The notes below the pieces were generated by a model. It saw nothing but the letters and a program-made list of their open reading frames with translations, was not told the DNA's origin and did no database searches. Made by a program: the position numbers and the translations under genes. From a virus, in the IMG/VR virus record IMGVR_UViG_3300050821_005889: a stretch of DNA of 64,000 bases, one strand, 5' to 3'. Each line of letters opens with the position of its first letter. Position 1 is the stretch's first letter. Below, one piece after another: positions 55,360 to 63,752 of this stretch.

Positions 55360-55413
55360 AACTTTATTTGTTTAATTGTTGGCGGTGTGTATTTTTACCA
55401 CTAAACAACACTC

Positions 55414-55818
55414 ATGCAATTAACATACGACGACATTGGAGTAACAGGAAATATCCTTGACGCACTTGGTTCTGTTCCATCAGAGATAGCCGGTGATGTC
55501 ATTCTCTGTAAGATGGATATAATAGACCATTACAATAAGTATAAGGAGTTCAAGAAAGAAATTGTTTCCAAGTATGCCATCAGGGATGAGAAAGGGATTT
55601 ATAAAATGAAACACAATGATGGTACCGGTCAGGACGAGATTGACTTCGGGGAAAATAAAAAAGATGTAGACGATGTTTGGGAGAAGTTCTTAAAAAAGAA
55701 AGTGGATGTAAAGATAACCTCTTCTATACCCACATCAAAGCTGGCGGCAGGGTTAGCCAAAATAGGAGTACCTCCTAACCAGCTTGAACCATTGTTCGGA
55801 ATATTTATAAATAAATAA
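55414..55818 (+). CDS. Hypothetical protein (134 aa)
   Basis: ORF track. Confidence 0.55.
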   Translation: MQLTYDDIGVTGNILDALGSVPSEIAGDVILCKMDIIDHYNKYKEFKKEIVSKYAIRDEKGIYKMKHNDGTGQDEIDFGENKKDVDDVWEKFLKKKVDVKITSSIPTSKLAAGLAKIGVPPNQLEPLFGIFINK

Positions 55819-55819
55819 A

Positions 55820-56461
55820 ATGAGCACCAAGTATGTACTATTGATTACCGGAATCCTGTTCTTCGTGTGTATCCTTTTATTATCTAAGGATTGCAGTGAT
55901 AACAGGAGTGGTGCAGGCGACAGTGCAAAGCCGGTTAGCAGTACCACCACGGTAACAAAAAAGTACGACTCCATAATTTACAAGCCAGCTCCTATAATCA
56001 ATATAGACTCTATTATAAAACAGGCAATAAAGAATCATCTTCCTGCACCAAAGAAGGATACAATTTATTATCCGCAGGTGGTATTGCAGCATGTGGATAC
56101 TGCCGCTATCCTTCGTGATTATTATGCCATACATACCCGCACAAGGGAATGGAGGGATACTAATATATTCGCTTCGCTTACTGATACTATCAGTCAAAAT
56201 AAGATAATAGGTTCAAGCGGGTTGTTCACTAAGCTACTGCGTCCCACAACCATAAATACCACTATGGATAAATTTGTGACCTATAATCATTCCCTGTACA
56301 TTGGAGCGGGAGCTACTGCCGGGTATGAACCATTTGCCGTACAGGATGTCAGTGCATCATTATTATACACAGATGCAAAAGGAAGGGCTTATGGTATAGA
56401 TAAGAGTATATTCGGCAATAGAATACAGGTACATATCTATGCTAAATTATTCAGTCATTAG
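55820..56461 (+). CDS. N-terminally membrane-anchored protein (213 aa)
   Basis: ORF track. MSTKYVLLITGILFFVCILLL. Confidence 0.55.
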   Translation: MSTKYVLLITGILFFVCILLLSKDCSDNRSGAGDSAKPVSSTTTVTKKYDSIIYKPAPIINIDSIIKQAIKNHLPAPKKDTIYYPQVVLQHVDTAAILRDYYAIHTRTREWRDTNIFASLTDTISQNKIIGSSGLFTKLLRPTTINTTMDKFVTYNHSLYIGAGATAGYEPFAVQDVSASLLYTDAKGRAYGIDKSIFGNRIQVHIYAKLFSH

Positions 56462-56512
56462 AATGTTTAAAAATAAATTAACAATTAGTGTTAAAAGGTG
56501 TAATATTGCGTC

Positions 56513-56680
56513 ATGGGACAAAGGATAAAGATAGACAAGGAATCAGATGTGGATGTCTCCGGGTACACAAAGAAGCTGGATGAGCTGCGCGCCCAGTTCG
56601 GCAATTGCAGCCGCCCCGCAATGGTGAGATGGTTAATAGATTTCGGATATAAAAAACTTAAACTAAACAAAAAGAAGTAA
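56513..56680 (+). CDS. Hypothetical 55-aa protein (MGQRIKIDKESDVDVSGYTKKLDELRAQFGN...), possible ribbon-helix-helix
   Basis: Own translation. Its stop lies 1 nt before the next start. Confidence 0.4.
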   Translation: MGQRIKIDKESDVDVSGYTKKLDELRAQFGNCSRPAMVRWLIDFGYKKLKLNKKK

Positions 56681-56681
56681 C

Positions 56682-57383
56682 ATGGAACAATTTCATTTGA
56701 ATGTGGCCTCCGAGAATGGAGAGCTTGTAGTAAGAACGGGAAGCGCACTTCCGCTTAAAGAGCCTGAGCGAGTAATATTAAGCGGTATCTTAAATACCCC
56801 GGCAGAATATATTAAAAAGAGGGTAGATTCTATTTCTGTCATTAAGACAAATGTAGTATTTGATTATACTGCCAGAACCATTACACTTACGGTTGATGAT
56901 TGTTCTTTTTATAAAGACATCATTACCGGCAAGCTGGAAATAAATAAAGACCTGGCTTCGTTGGGTATCAATAATGATACACTGTACAACGAGAAGGAGT
57001 TATCCCGTAAGCTCACTTTCTTTGGCAGGTTCTTTGAAAGTAAGGCGGCGTACAATGACCTTATCAAGAAGCTCAATGACTTTAGTGCTAAGGTGAAGCA
57101 GGAGTTTACCAATGCCACCGATTACCGTGGTTCCGAAGCCCTGGAAAAGATTACAAAAATTGAACATGACATCCCCCTGTTTTTCGTACTTAAGATGCCT
57201 ATATTCAACGGAGGGGACAAGCGGGAGTTCAAAGTGAATATCTATGTAGCTGCCAGGGATGGCGGGATTGAATTATGGCTGGAGTCTGTAGAGCTACATG
57301 AGCTCCTTGAGAAAGAGACAGAGAGCCTGTTCAATGCCCAGCTAAAGAATTTTGAAGATTATGTAATAGTTAAAAAGTACTAA
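56682..57383 (+). CDS. Hypothetical protein (233 aa)
   Basis: ORF track. Confidence 0.6.
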   Translation: MEQFHLNVASENGELVVRTGSALPLKEPERVILSGILNTPAEYIKKRVDSISVIKTNVVFDYTARTITLTVDDCSFYKDIITGKLEINKDLASLGINNDTLYNEKELSRKLTFFGRFFESKAAYNDLIKKLNDFSAKVKQEFTNATDYRGSEALEKITKIEHDIPLFFVLKMPIFNGGDKREFKVNIYVAARDGGIELWLESVELHELLEKETESLFNAQLKNFEDYVIVKKY

Positions 57384-57384
57384 G

Positions 57385-57807
57385 ATGGAAACAGCAACAT
57401 TGAATGTAAATGCCGTATCGGCCAATGCCCAGATGAAAGTTCTTAATGAGAATGCCTACGAGCGCGATACCGTAAATTACAAGCGCTACTTTACCTTAGA
57501 GGAAGTTAAGCAAAGGGAGAAGGAGTATGCGGAGTTTAATATAGAGCTACAGGAACATGAGGATGAAATCAAAAGGCTCAAAGACCTTAAGGCTCCTGTT
57601 ATCAAAGACCTTAAGGCAAACGCCAAATCAATCCTTAAGGAGATAAAAGATAAGTTTGTCAAGGAGGATGTGCAATGTTTCCTGGTGCCGGACTACGAAA
57701 AGAACATCATGCAGTACATTGCTGTGGAAACCGGGGCGCTTATCATGGAGCGTAAATTACAGCCGGGAGAAAGGCAGATTAATGTATTTGATTCAAGTCA
57801 GAAGTAA
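57385..57807 (+). CDS. Hypothetical coiled-coil protein (140 aa)
   Basis: ORF track. Confidence 0.55.
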   Translation: METATLNVNAVSANAQMKVLNENAYERDTVNYKRYFTLEEVKQREKEYAEFNIELQEHEDEIKRLKDLKAPVIKDLKANAKSILKEIKDKFVKEDVQCFLVPDYEKNIMQYIAVETGALIMERKLQPGERQINVFDSSQK

Positions 57808-57849
57808 GACACTAATTCGAGGCAACTCAGATGCTTCAAATGTTGAACG

Positions 57850-57883
57850 GGAAGGGGAGTGAATAACTCTCCTTCCTTTTTTT
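57850..57883 (+). terminator. Intrinsic terminator
   Basis: GGAAGGGGAG (57850-59) pairs with CTCTCCTTCC (57867-76) with one G-U pair, followed by TTTTTTT. Confidence 0.7.
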
Positions 57884-57895
57884 ATGTCCTTATGG

Positions 57896-57903
57896 TATAT
57901 TTG
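57896..57903 (+). promoter_or_regulatory. -7 box TATATTTG, 4 nt before the ATG
   Basis: Matches TAnnTTTG. ATG at 57908. Confidence 0.45.
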
Positions 57904-57907
57904 ACCT

Positions 57908-60361
57908 ATGCCAAAAGCAATCACCGGGGACAGGTCTACCGGAAAAGTAAATATATTCAAGAAGGGAGCCAGCCCTATTTATTTTGACTTTGTATATGAG
58001 ATGTATGCAAGGGGGATGTTTGTAGGAGATGAGAATATAAAGCAGCTTAAGTCTCTTAAGTACCTGACTGCCGACTTCCGTAAGTTCACTAAGAAGCAGG
58101 AGACAGATTATAAAAAGAAAACATTTCGCCGCAAGGAAGCTAACGGCGGCTATACCGTTATCCGCCCGGTCATCGGTTTTAAAACCCCGGAGCAGCAGGA
58201 GCTGGATAAAAATATTATCATCATTGATAATACGCGCAATCATGACATCAGCGAGACTCAGCTAAGGGATGCTATCATAGCAAACGAGAATGAACACATA
58301 GGCATAAAGAACGAGCAGAAGAGTTTGGTATATGCTATGGAGATAGCCAAAGAGGTAGTAGAGGAATATAAACAATCCGGCAACATTATATTTGACGGAG
58401 GGGAGATAGATTTTAAATGGCGGCCAACCGAACAGGAGCTTGATATTCCCTCCAGGGAATTTTGGGAATGGATTAATTCTATCAACTCAGGATTCCAGAA
58501 CAGGATAGGATACTCCAAGTATAACATTTACCGGCAGCAGTACCAGCAGTGGATGGAGGAGAAGGATGACATCACCGGGTATTCTACCATTGAAGGCAAG
58601 AAGGCTTATGCCAAGAAGCTCATAGGGCGGTTCAGAAATAACTCCCTTTATTATCTTGACAAGATACACGCCTACCGTAAAAAGGGAACCACTACCGGCT
58701 TTAGCCGTTATATCAGTCTTGATGCCCAGAAGATATTTGCTTTCCTCATAGACTCTGAATACAACCTGGAGATAGGCAAGGCAAGGCAGATATGGTTCAC
58801 CACAACCGCTTTCGGTATAGCTCTATGTAAAACATTATACAACAAATCCTTCCAGGCAATCCTTGTGACCTCCGATGGAAGCAAGGCAGAGAAAACTTTT
58901 AATGAAAAATGCAAGGAGCCTTATTATAATATTCCTTATTACCTTAAGCCAAAGAAGCTGGCAGAGGACACTAAGACCACCATAGGGTTCCATAAGAAAA
59001 GACATGAGCAGGAGGGTGGCGGTTCTCTTATTGCAATCCTACCTCCTTCTGATACGGTGTTCAATGCCTATTCCCCCAACCTGGCATTCGTGGATGAGCA
59101 GGGTCTTATAGATTGCATTGATGGGATGATAGGTAATTGGGAACCTACCATGAAACAGTATAGTCATGAGTTAAACAAAAGGGTACGTGCAGGCCAAATT
59201 TGCCTATGGGGAACCTCCGATGTAAAAAACAATCCCGCATTTCAGCATGTGTTCATGAACTATTATAATCGCTGGATGGAAATGGACTTCTCCGGCAGGA
59301 TGGTTCCTTTGTTCCTTAATGTATTTGCCAGGGCAGGTATGACCGAGAAGGAATACCAGGAAGAATACGATAAGGCATACAGGACGCAGGGCGTAAAGAG
59401 GGATGATGCGATACGTATGTTTCATCAGTCTTATCCTAAAGTGATTGAGGATATGTGGATGAACACGGCAGACACCATCATTCCGCTAACTGAAATCAAC
59501 AGGCATATAGAGCGTTGTAATATGGTCAAGGCAGACAATATGTGCAAGTATGGTTACATGACCCCTATATTAGATAGCGCCCAGAAGCGTACTGATGACG
59601 TAGGGTATAAGATAGTAGGAGCCAACTTCGTGCAGACTAATGACGCAGCAGACCCGCGTAACACCGTATTTATTTACAGAGACCCGGAGAAGTTCTGGAA
59701 GCACAGGTACTACAAGGGCACTGACCCTATTGCCGGTATGCAGGGAACCTCAGACTTTGCTACCGCAATATGGGACGAAGAGCTACATACAGTCTGTGCA
59801 GGTATGGCATGGCGCAGCACCAATCACAAATATGTATTCCTTCAATCGTTGCTTCTTGGATTATGGTATGACCCAATGATACCTGAGCTGGTGGAAATAA
59901 ATGTTGGGCAGAACTATTTTGACTACTGTGATGACAAGGGATTTGGAAGGTTGTTCATTCCAAACACCGCACTTCACCCGGAGTTCCAGTCAGACGTAAC
60001 AATTGGCATACGAAAAAGCAGGGGCAATATCCCTCAGCACCTGGCAAGCAATCTATTCCTGATGCTTGACCAGTATGCCGGTAATATATGGACGCCAAAG
60101 TTATTTACACAACTAAGGACGTATGTGAAGAAGGAAGTTAAGAATCCTTCATCGGGTTCAATAGATATTTATAAGGTAGATGATGCAAGGTTTAATAAGG
60201 ATGACTTTATTGACGCCTGCAACTATGCGTTCCTGTGTGCTAATGGTACTTATATCTATAAGAAGCCTAAGTTTATACAGGCCACAGAGATGAAGAAGCG
60301 TAAGTTCAGGTATGAGTTTGATGAGAATTATAATATGGTTATGAATCCTTATTATAAGTAA
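57908..60361 (+). CDS. terL: Terminase large subunit with a long N-terminal extension
   Basis: ORF track. Walker-B-like NLAFVDEQG, coupling-motif-like LWGTS, then MFHQSYPKVIEDMW, which resembles the conserved xEYPxTxEEAF hinge. 817 aa, so about 250-300 aa precede the ATPase core. Confidence 0.65.
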   Translation: MPKAITGDRSTGKVNIFKKGASPIYFDFVYEMYARGMFVGDENIKQLKSLKYLTADFRKFTKKQETDYKKKTFRRKEANGGYTVIRPVIGFKTPEQQELDKNIIIIDNTRNHDISETQLRDAIIANENEHIGIKNEQKSLVYAMEIAKEVVEEYKQSGNIIFDGGEIDFKWRPTEQELDIPSREFWEWINSINSGFQNRIGYSKYNIYRQQYQQWMEEKDDITGYSTIEGKKAYAKKLIGRFRNNSLYYLDKIHAYRKKGTTTGFSRYISLDAQKIFAFLIDSEYNLEIGKARQIWFTTTAFGIALCKTLYNKSFQAILVTSDGSKAEKTFNEKCKEPYYNIPYYLKPKKLAEDTKTTIGFHKKRHEQEGGGSLIAILPPSDTVFNAYSPNLAFVDEQGLIDCIDGMIGNWEPTMKQYSHELNKRVRAGQICLWGTSDVKNNPAFQHVFMNYYNRWMEMDFSGRMVPLFLNVFARAGMTEKEYQEEYDKAYRTQGVKRDDAIRMFHQSYPKVIEDMWMNTADTIIPLTEINRHIERCNMVKADNMCKYGYMTPILDSAQKRTDDVGYKIVGANFVQTNDAADPRNTVFIYRDPEKFWKHRYYKGTDPIAGMQGTSDFATAIWDEELHTVCAGMAWRSTNHKYVFLQSLLLGLWYDPMIPELVEINVGQNYFDYCDDKGFGRLFIPNTALHPEFQSDVTIGIRKSRGNIPQHLASNLFLMLDQYAGNIWTPKLFTQLRTYVKKEVKNPSSGSIDIYKVDDARFNKDDFIDACNYAFLCANGTYIYKKPKFIQATEMKKRKFRYEFDENYNMVMNPYYK

Positions 60362-60591
60362 GGAGGTTCTGGTAATTCTCTCCAGAACTTAACAGTCGTA
60401 ACAGGAACCGGATTATGTCCTATCACATCATACCACTCCTTCTTAATTGCGTCGTACTCCATTGTGGTGACGGCTAATTTATCTTCACCATCTTCCAAGT
60501 CCCAGGCTACATTATATTCATCTCCGAGTTCGGGTGGTGTGTCAACGCTTATCCATCCATTAGTATAGGCTGGGGTATTTTTATTTTTCAT
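60352..60591 (-). CDS. DUF551-like protein
   Basis: ORF track. GWISVDTPPE...VKFWRELPEPP matches the W-I-S-V...HWMPLPEPP pattern of DUF551. Confidence 0.55.
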   Translation of the reverse strand: MKNKNTPAYTNGWISVDTPPELGDEYNVAWDLEDGEDKLAVTTMEYDAIKKEWYDVIGHNPVPVTTVKFWRELPEPPYL

Positions 60592-60797
60592 TCCTGATTC
60601 ATGTTTTCTTCGTAAATAAAATTAGTTCTGTTCGTTGCGTGTCCGTTAAGCTGGGCAATCAATGTAGACCTTTTCATTCCTATTGACTCTGCGGCATCCC
60701 GTACCCTGGGATACTTTTTTCCTGTGACAGTATCTACTACCCACTTCTGGTGGCAGTATGATTTCTGTACTTTGTATTTTCTTTTTTTGGGTGGCAT
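60588..60797 (-). CDS. Small NUMOD1-like HTH protein (69 aa from MPPKKRK)
   Basis: ORF track frame 60588..60938. Start moved so it does not overlap 60883..61671. Contains RVRDAAESIGMKRSTLIAQLNGHATNRTNFIY. Confidence 0.5.
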   Translation of the reverse strand: MPPKKRKYKVQKSYCHQKWVVDTVTGKKYPRVRDAAESIGMKRSTLIAQLNGHATNRTNFIYEENMNQE

Positions 60798-60882
60798 ATC
60801 ATTACTGTTTAAATTATGTTCAACAAAAGGACTTGCTGGGTAATGCCTGTGTATCCATCTTTGTGCTAACAAAAATAATAAT

Positions 60883-61671
60883 ATGTCAGTTTTAGGAGGA
60901 ACATACCCGGTACTTGATAGCGTAGTGCTCAATACCATTCAGGCGTCTCACGCAGACTTTGTTCTGTCAGAAGGGACTATAACCATCAATGGACTGGCTA
61001 CGCCAATCCCTATTAAAAATATAATCAAGGGAGGCTACCAGGAAATAGCCTACGCGGCAGGAACTCCAAAGGTTGTTACCCTGACGGTAACAGGAACTCC
61101 CGCAACTAATACCCTGTATAAGATACGCCTAAAGGCTTATTCGGCACAGGGCAACCAGTTATCCAGCGCACAACAGAAGTATGTATTGTCTAAGGATTAT
61201 GCGTACTACACAGGCGCTTCGGATACGGCAACAACTGTAGGTGCTGGCCTTGCAGCCCTTATCAGCAATGACCTTGAAGGCTTTGCTACAGCTACCAGTT
61301 CTTCCGGGGTAATGACCATCACGGCAGCAGATGCCACTGCAGACCTAATTGTAACTGTAGTTGACCCGTCTCAGGCATCTGTCCTGGTGGTTACTACTGG
61401 TACGGCTTACGTTGCACCGGCAGGGACTTTTGCGATTGTGAATGCAATTAACCCAACGGCGGTAAGTGGTAACACATACCAGACTTATGTGTTTATCCTC
61501 AAGGCTGAGATACCCGGTAAGGGACTTAACAGCCCAGGAAATGAATACATAGTAGGAGAGGTTATCCTGTTTGCCAATTCGGCAGATAGTAACTTCTCTG
61601 CACTGGATACCTACATTGGTACGGTGGTTGGCGGTACAGCAACCGCAGCCGGGTATCTGGGTATATCTTAA
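60883..61671 (+). CDS. Hypothetical structural-type protein (262 aa, Thr/Ala/Gly/Val-rich)
   Basis: ORF track. Followed by a terminator. Confidence 0.6.
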   Translation: MSVLGGTYPVLDSVVLNTIQASHADFVLSEGTITINGLATPIPIKNIIKGGYQEIAYAAGTPKVVTLTVTGTPATNTLYKIRLKAYSAQGNQLSSAQQKYVLSKDYAYYTGASDTATTVGAGLAALISNDLEGFATATSSSGVMTITAADATADLIVTVVDPSQASVLVVTTGTAYVAPAGTFAIVNAINPTAVSGNTYQTYVFILKAEIPGKGLNSPGNEYIVGEVILFANSADSNFSALDTYIGTVVGGTATAAGYLGIS

Positions 61672-61708
61672 TAGGCTGTTTTACTTCGTAAATAGTTTTG
61701 GTTTAGGA

Positions 61709-61731
61709 GAGGGGCGTTTAGCCCCTTTTTC
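61709..61731 (+). terminator. Intrinsic terminator
   Basis: (GA)GGGGC-GTTTA-GCCCC(TT)TTT. Confidence 0.6.
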
Positions 61732-61882
61732 TATTTACGCCGGTCAAGCCATTTCTTTGTATGGCTTATAATTACAGCTAATACAATCATTGCCGAAAAA
61801 ATAATAAGGCATGATAAGTCAGGGTGATTGTTTAGGAATTTATTTTCTGTAATCCAGGTCATGACTTAGCTTTTATTTGTTA

Positions 61883-62131
61883 TCAGCGACCCATCTTCAA
61901 CTTCTCCTGGAAGTCTGCAAATTCCTTCATGACCTCTTCGGAGCTCCTTTCTTTACCGTCCTTACCACGGAAGGCAGAGACCTTAGCGAATAAGCATACA
62001 GCAGCCGGGACTAAATCTTTAATGTTTTTTGATTCCCTGTATTTCTTTATGCTTTCTTCTACATGGTCTACTATCATATCTACTGGCATTGCGCCAATCA
62101 GATTAATTATTAGTGCATTTTCCATTCCCAT
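61883..62131 (-). CDS. Hypothetical protein (82 aa)
   Basis: ORF track. Confidence 0.55.
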   Translation of the reverse strand: MGMENALIINLIGAMPVDMIVDHVEESIKKYRESKNIKDLVPAAVCLFAKVSAFRGKDGKERSSEEVMKEFADFQEKLKMGR

Positions 62132-62139
62132 CGTTTTGT

Positions 62140-62880
62140 TTATTTAGCGTTATCAATTAATTGTTTTAAGTCAATATTATTTTTTATGCAGGTAAGGAAA
62201 TACTTCCTTAATGCCATCTCCCAGGCGCAAGACCAAACCTCAGAGCTGACAGATTCCGGCATCCCGCCGTCATCTAATGTCTTAGCGGCTCTGATGATGC
62301 TACGGGCACCTCCCTGTCCTGCAAAGAATCCTGCTCTCAGGCTATTGGCTACAAGGCTTTTAGCCCGTGGAAGATACTCCTGTTCTACTTTCTTGTCAAG
62401 TGTTTTTATGTCGGTGTTTATAATTCCCTTTCGTATCAGTAGCTCACAACGGAATCTTGGATACCTTATAGTATAGTTAGGGTCTTTCTTTAGTTTTTCA
62501 TATACAGCGCATATCGCATCGTATCCATCCTTATAGTCCTGGGCAATCTGTTCAGGTGTTCTTTCTTTAATTACGGTTTGCGGAGTAGGGGCATAAGGTA
62601 CATAAGTGGCTGGCTTGACAGCATCCGGGTTCTTAGCTTCATAAGCGCTGGAGTTAATAAGGTATCTCTCGTAAGCCGCAGCAAGCTGCCGTTTGGTCTT
62701 GGGGTATCCGTCATTGCCGGATTTAGATAACAGGTCAAGGTGAAACAGGTGTAGCTTAGACTTTGCGAACTCTGCGGTGACGTGTGCCCGGCTAAGGATA
62801 GGTTCAATGACCGGCCAGTTCTCAAGCGCATAGGCTTCAAAGTCAATGCACAGGTTGCTGTTAAATTCTTCCGAGCCCAT
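62140..62880 (-). CDS. Hypothetical protein (246 aa)
   Basis: ORF track. Confidence 0.6.
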   Translation of the reverse strand: MGSEEFNSNLCIDFEAYALENWPVIEPILSRAHVTAEFAKSKLHLFHLDLLSKSGNDGYPKTKRQLAAAYERYLINSSAYEAKNPDAVKPATYVPYAPTPQTVIKERTPEQIAQDYKDGYDAICAVYEKLKKDPNYTIRYPRFRCELLIRKGIINTDIKTLDKKVEQEYLPRAKSLVANSLRAGFFAGQGGARSIIRAAKTLDDGGMPESVSSEVWSCAWEMALRKYFLTCIKNNIDLKQLIDNAK

Positions 62881-63085
62881 CTGTTATAGGTCTGATTTTT
62901 TCTAATGCTTTCTGCGAGGCAAAAGCAACTCCTTTAAGATATGCCTGGGCTGCTATATTTTGAGCGCACCACCTTTGGTCTTTAGTCATGTTGTTCCATA
63001 GTTCTTGCACTCCCGGTGTATCTTTGACTACCAGTTCAGCCTGAGCCATAGCCTGTGTCATTAATTCTTCTTGCATGTCGCTCAT
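62861..63085 (-). CDS. Hypothetical protein (74 aa)
   Basis: ORF track. Confidence 0.55.
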   Translation of the reverse strand: MSDMQEELMTQAMAQAELVVKDTPGVQELWNNMTKDQRWCAQNIAAQAYLKGVAFASQKALEKIRPITDGLGRI

Positions 63086-63087
63086 GT

Positions 63088-63261
63088 TTATCCTTGTTGA
63101 AATCGTGATGAATGTCTTTCTTCTTTAAGGGCGCTGATTGCAGTTCTAATCATTTCGAGCTGATGACAAGCAGTTCTGGAGCAACGCTCCGCCAGCATAT
63201 AATTGTATTCCTGTTCCCGGCACTTACAGGCAATATAATCCTTAATGACAGAAGCTGGCAT
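63088..63261 (-). CDS. Hypothetical 57-aa Cys-containing protein (MPASVIKDYIACKCREQEYNYMLAERCSRTACHQ...)
   Basis: Own translation. Its stop lies 2 nt before the next start. Overlaps the improbable tail of 63150..63488. Confidence 0.4.
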   Translation of the reverse strand: MPASVIKDYIACKCREQEYNYMLAERCSRTACHQLEMIRTAISALKEERHSSRFQQG

Positions 63262-63488
63262 CCAGTCCAGCTCCTGTCATTAAGGTTGAAGACAAAGCTC
63301 TTATAAGCATCTTCCTTCGCTTTGCTCCAATAAACTTTCAGCTTGACCATCTGGGCATTACAGAATGCAATATGAACTGCATACCGGGAGCCCAGCTTGA
63401 TGAGGGTATCTATATCCACAGCTTGTTCCAGTGTGTCAGACAGCATCTCTGCCTCAATCATTTTGAGGTGGTCTATAATTGCTTTCAT
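63150..63488 (-). CDS. Hypothetical protein; the C-terminal third is doubtful (frame problem at the inverted repeat)
   Basis: ORF track. The first ~70 aa look protein-like. After the inverted repeat at 63241-63284 the sequence looks non-protein-like. Confidence 0.4.
   Translation of the reverse strand: MKAIIDHLKMIEAEMLSDTLEQAVDIDTLIKLGSRYAVHIAFCNAQMVKLKVYWSKAKEDAYKSFVFNLNDRSWTGCQLLSLRIILPVSAGNRNTIICWRSVAPELLVISSK
63241..63284. repeat. 18-bp inverted repeat (1 mismatch) with an 8-nt spacer inside coding sequence
   Basis: CTTAATGACAGAAGCTGG (63241-58) and CCAGCTCCTGTCATTAAG (63267-84). Confidence 0.6.
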
Positions 63489-63742
63489 TATTTCTGTAGG
63501 CGATTTAGGTATGATTTAAAGCTCCGCGCTTTAAACTTGCCCGTCTTCTGTGTATTGTCATTACCGTCATTCCAACATTGTTCTCCAAACGTAAGCAACA
63601 TCGTGACAATATCGTCTTCCAAATGAACCCTGGCTCCTTGCTTTCTTCCTTGAGGAGTGTGTATATCTGAATGATAATGAGGTAATTTGTTTAATAGGTC
63701 TCGCAGCACAAGTGGAAGACTATTGAATTTTTTATCTGTCAT
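63488..63742 (-). CDS. Hypothetical protein (84 aa)
   Basis: ORF track. Confidence 0.55.
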   Translation of the reverse strand: MTDKKFNSLPLVLRDLLNKLPHYHSDIHTPQGRKQGARVHLEDDIVTMLLTFGEQCWNDGNDNTQKTGKFKARSFKSYLNRLQK

Positions 63743-63752
63743 ATTTTATTTT

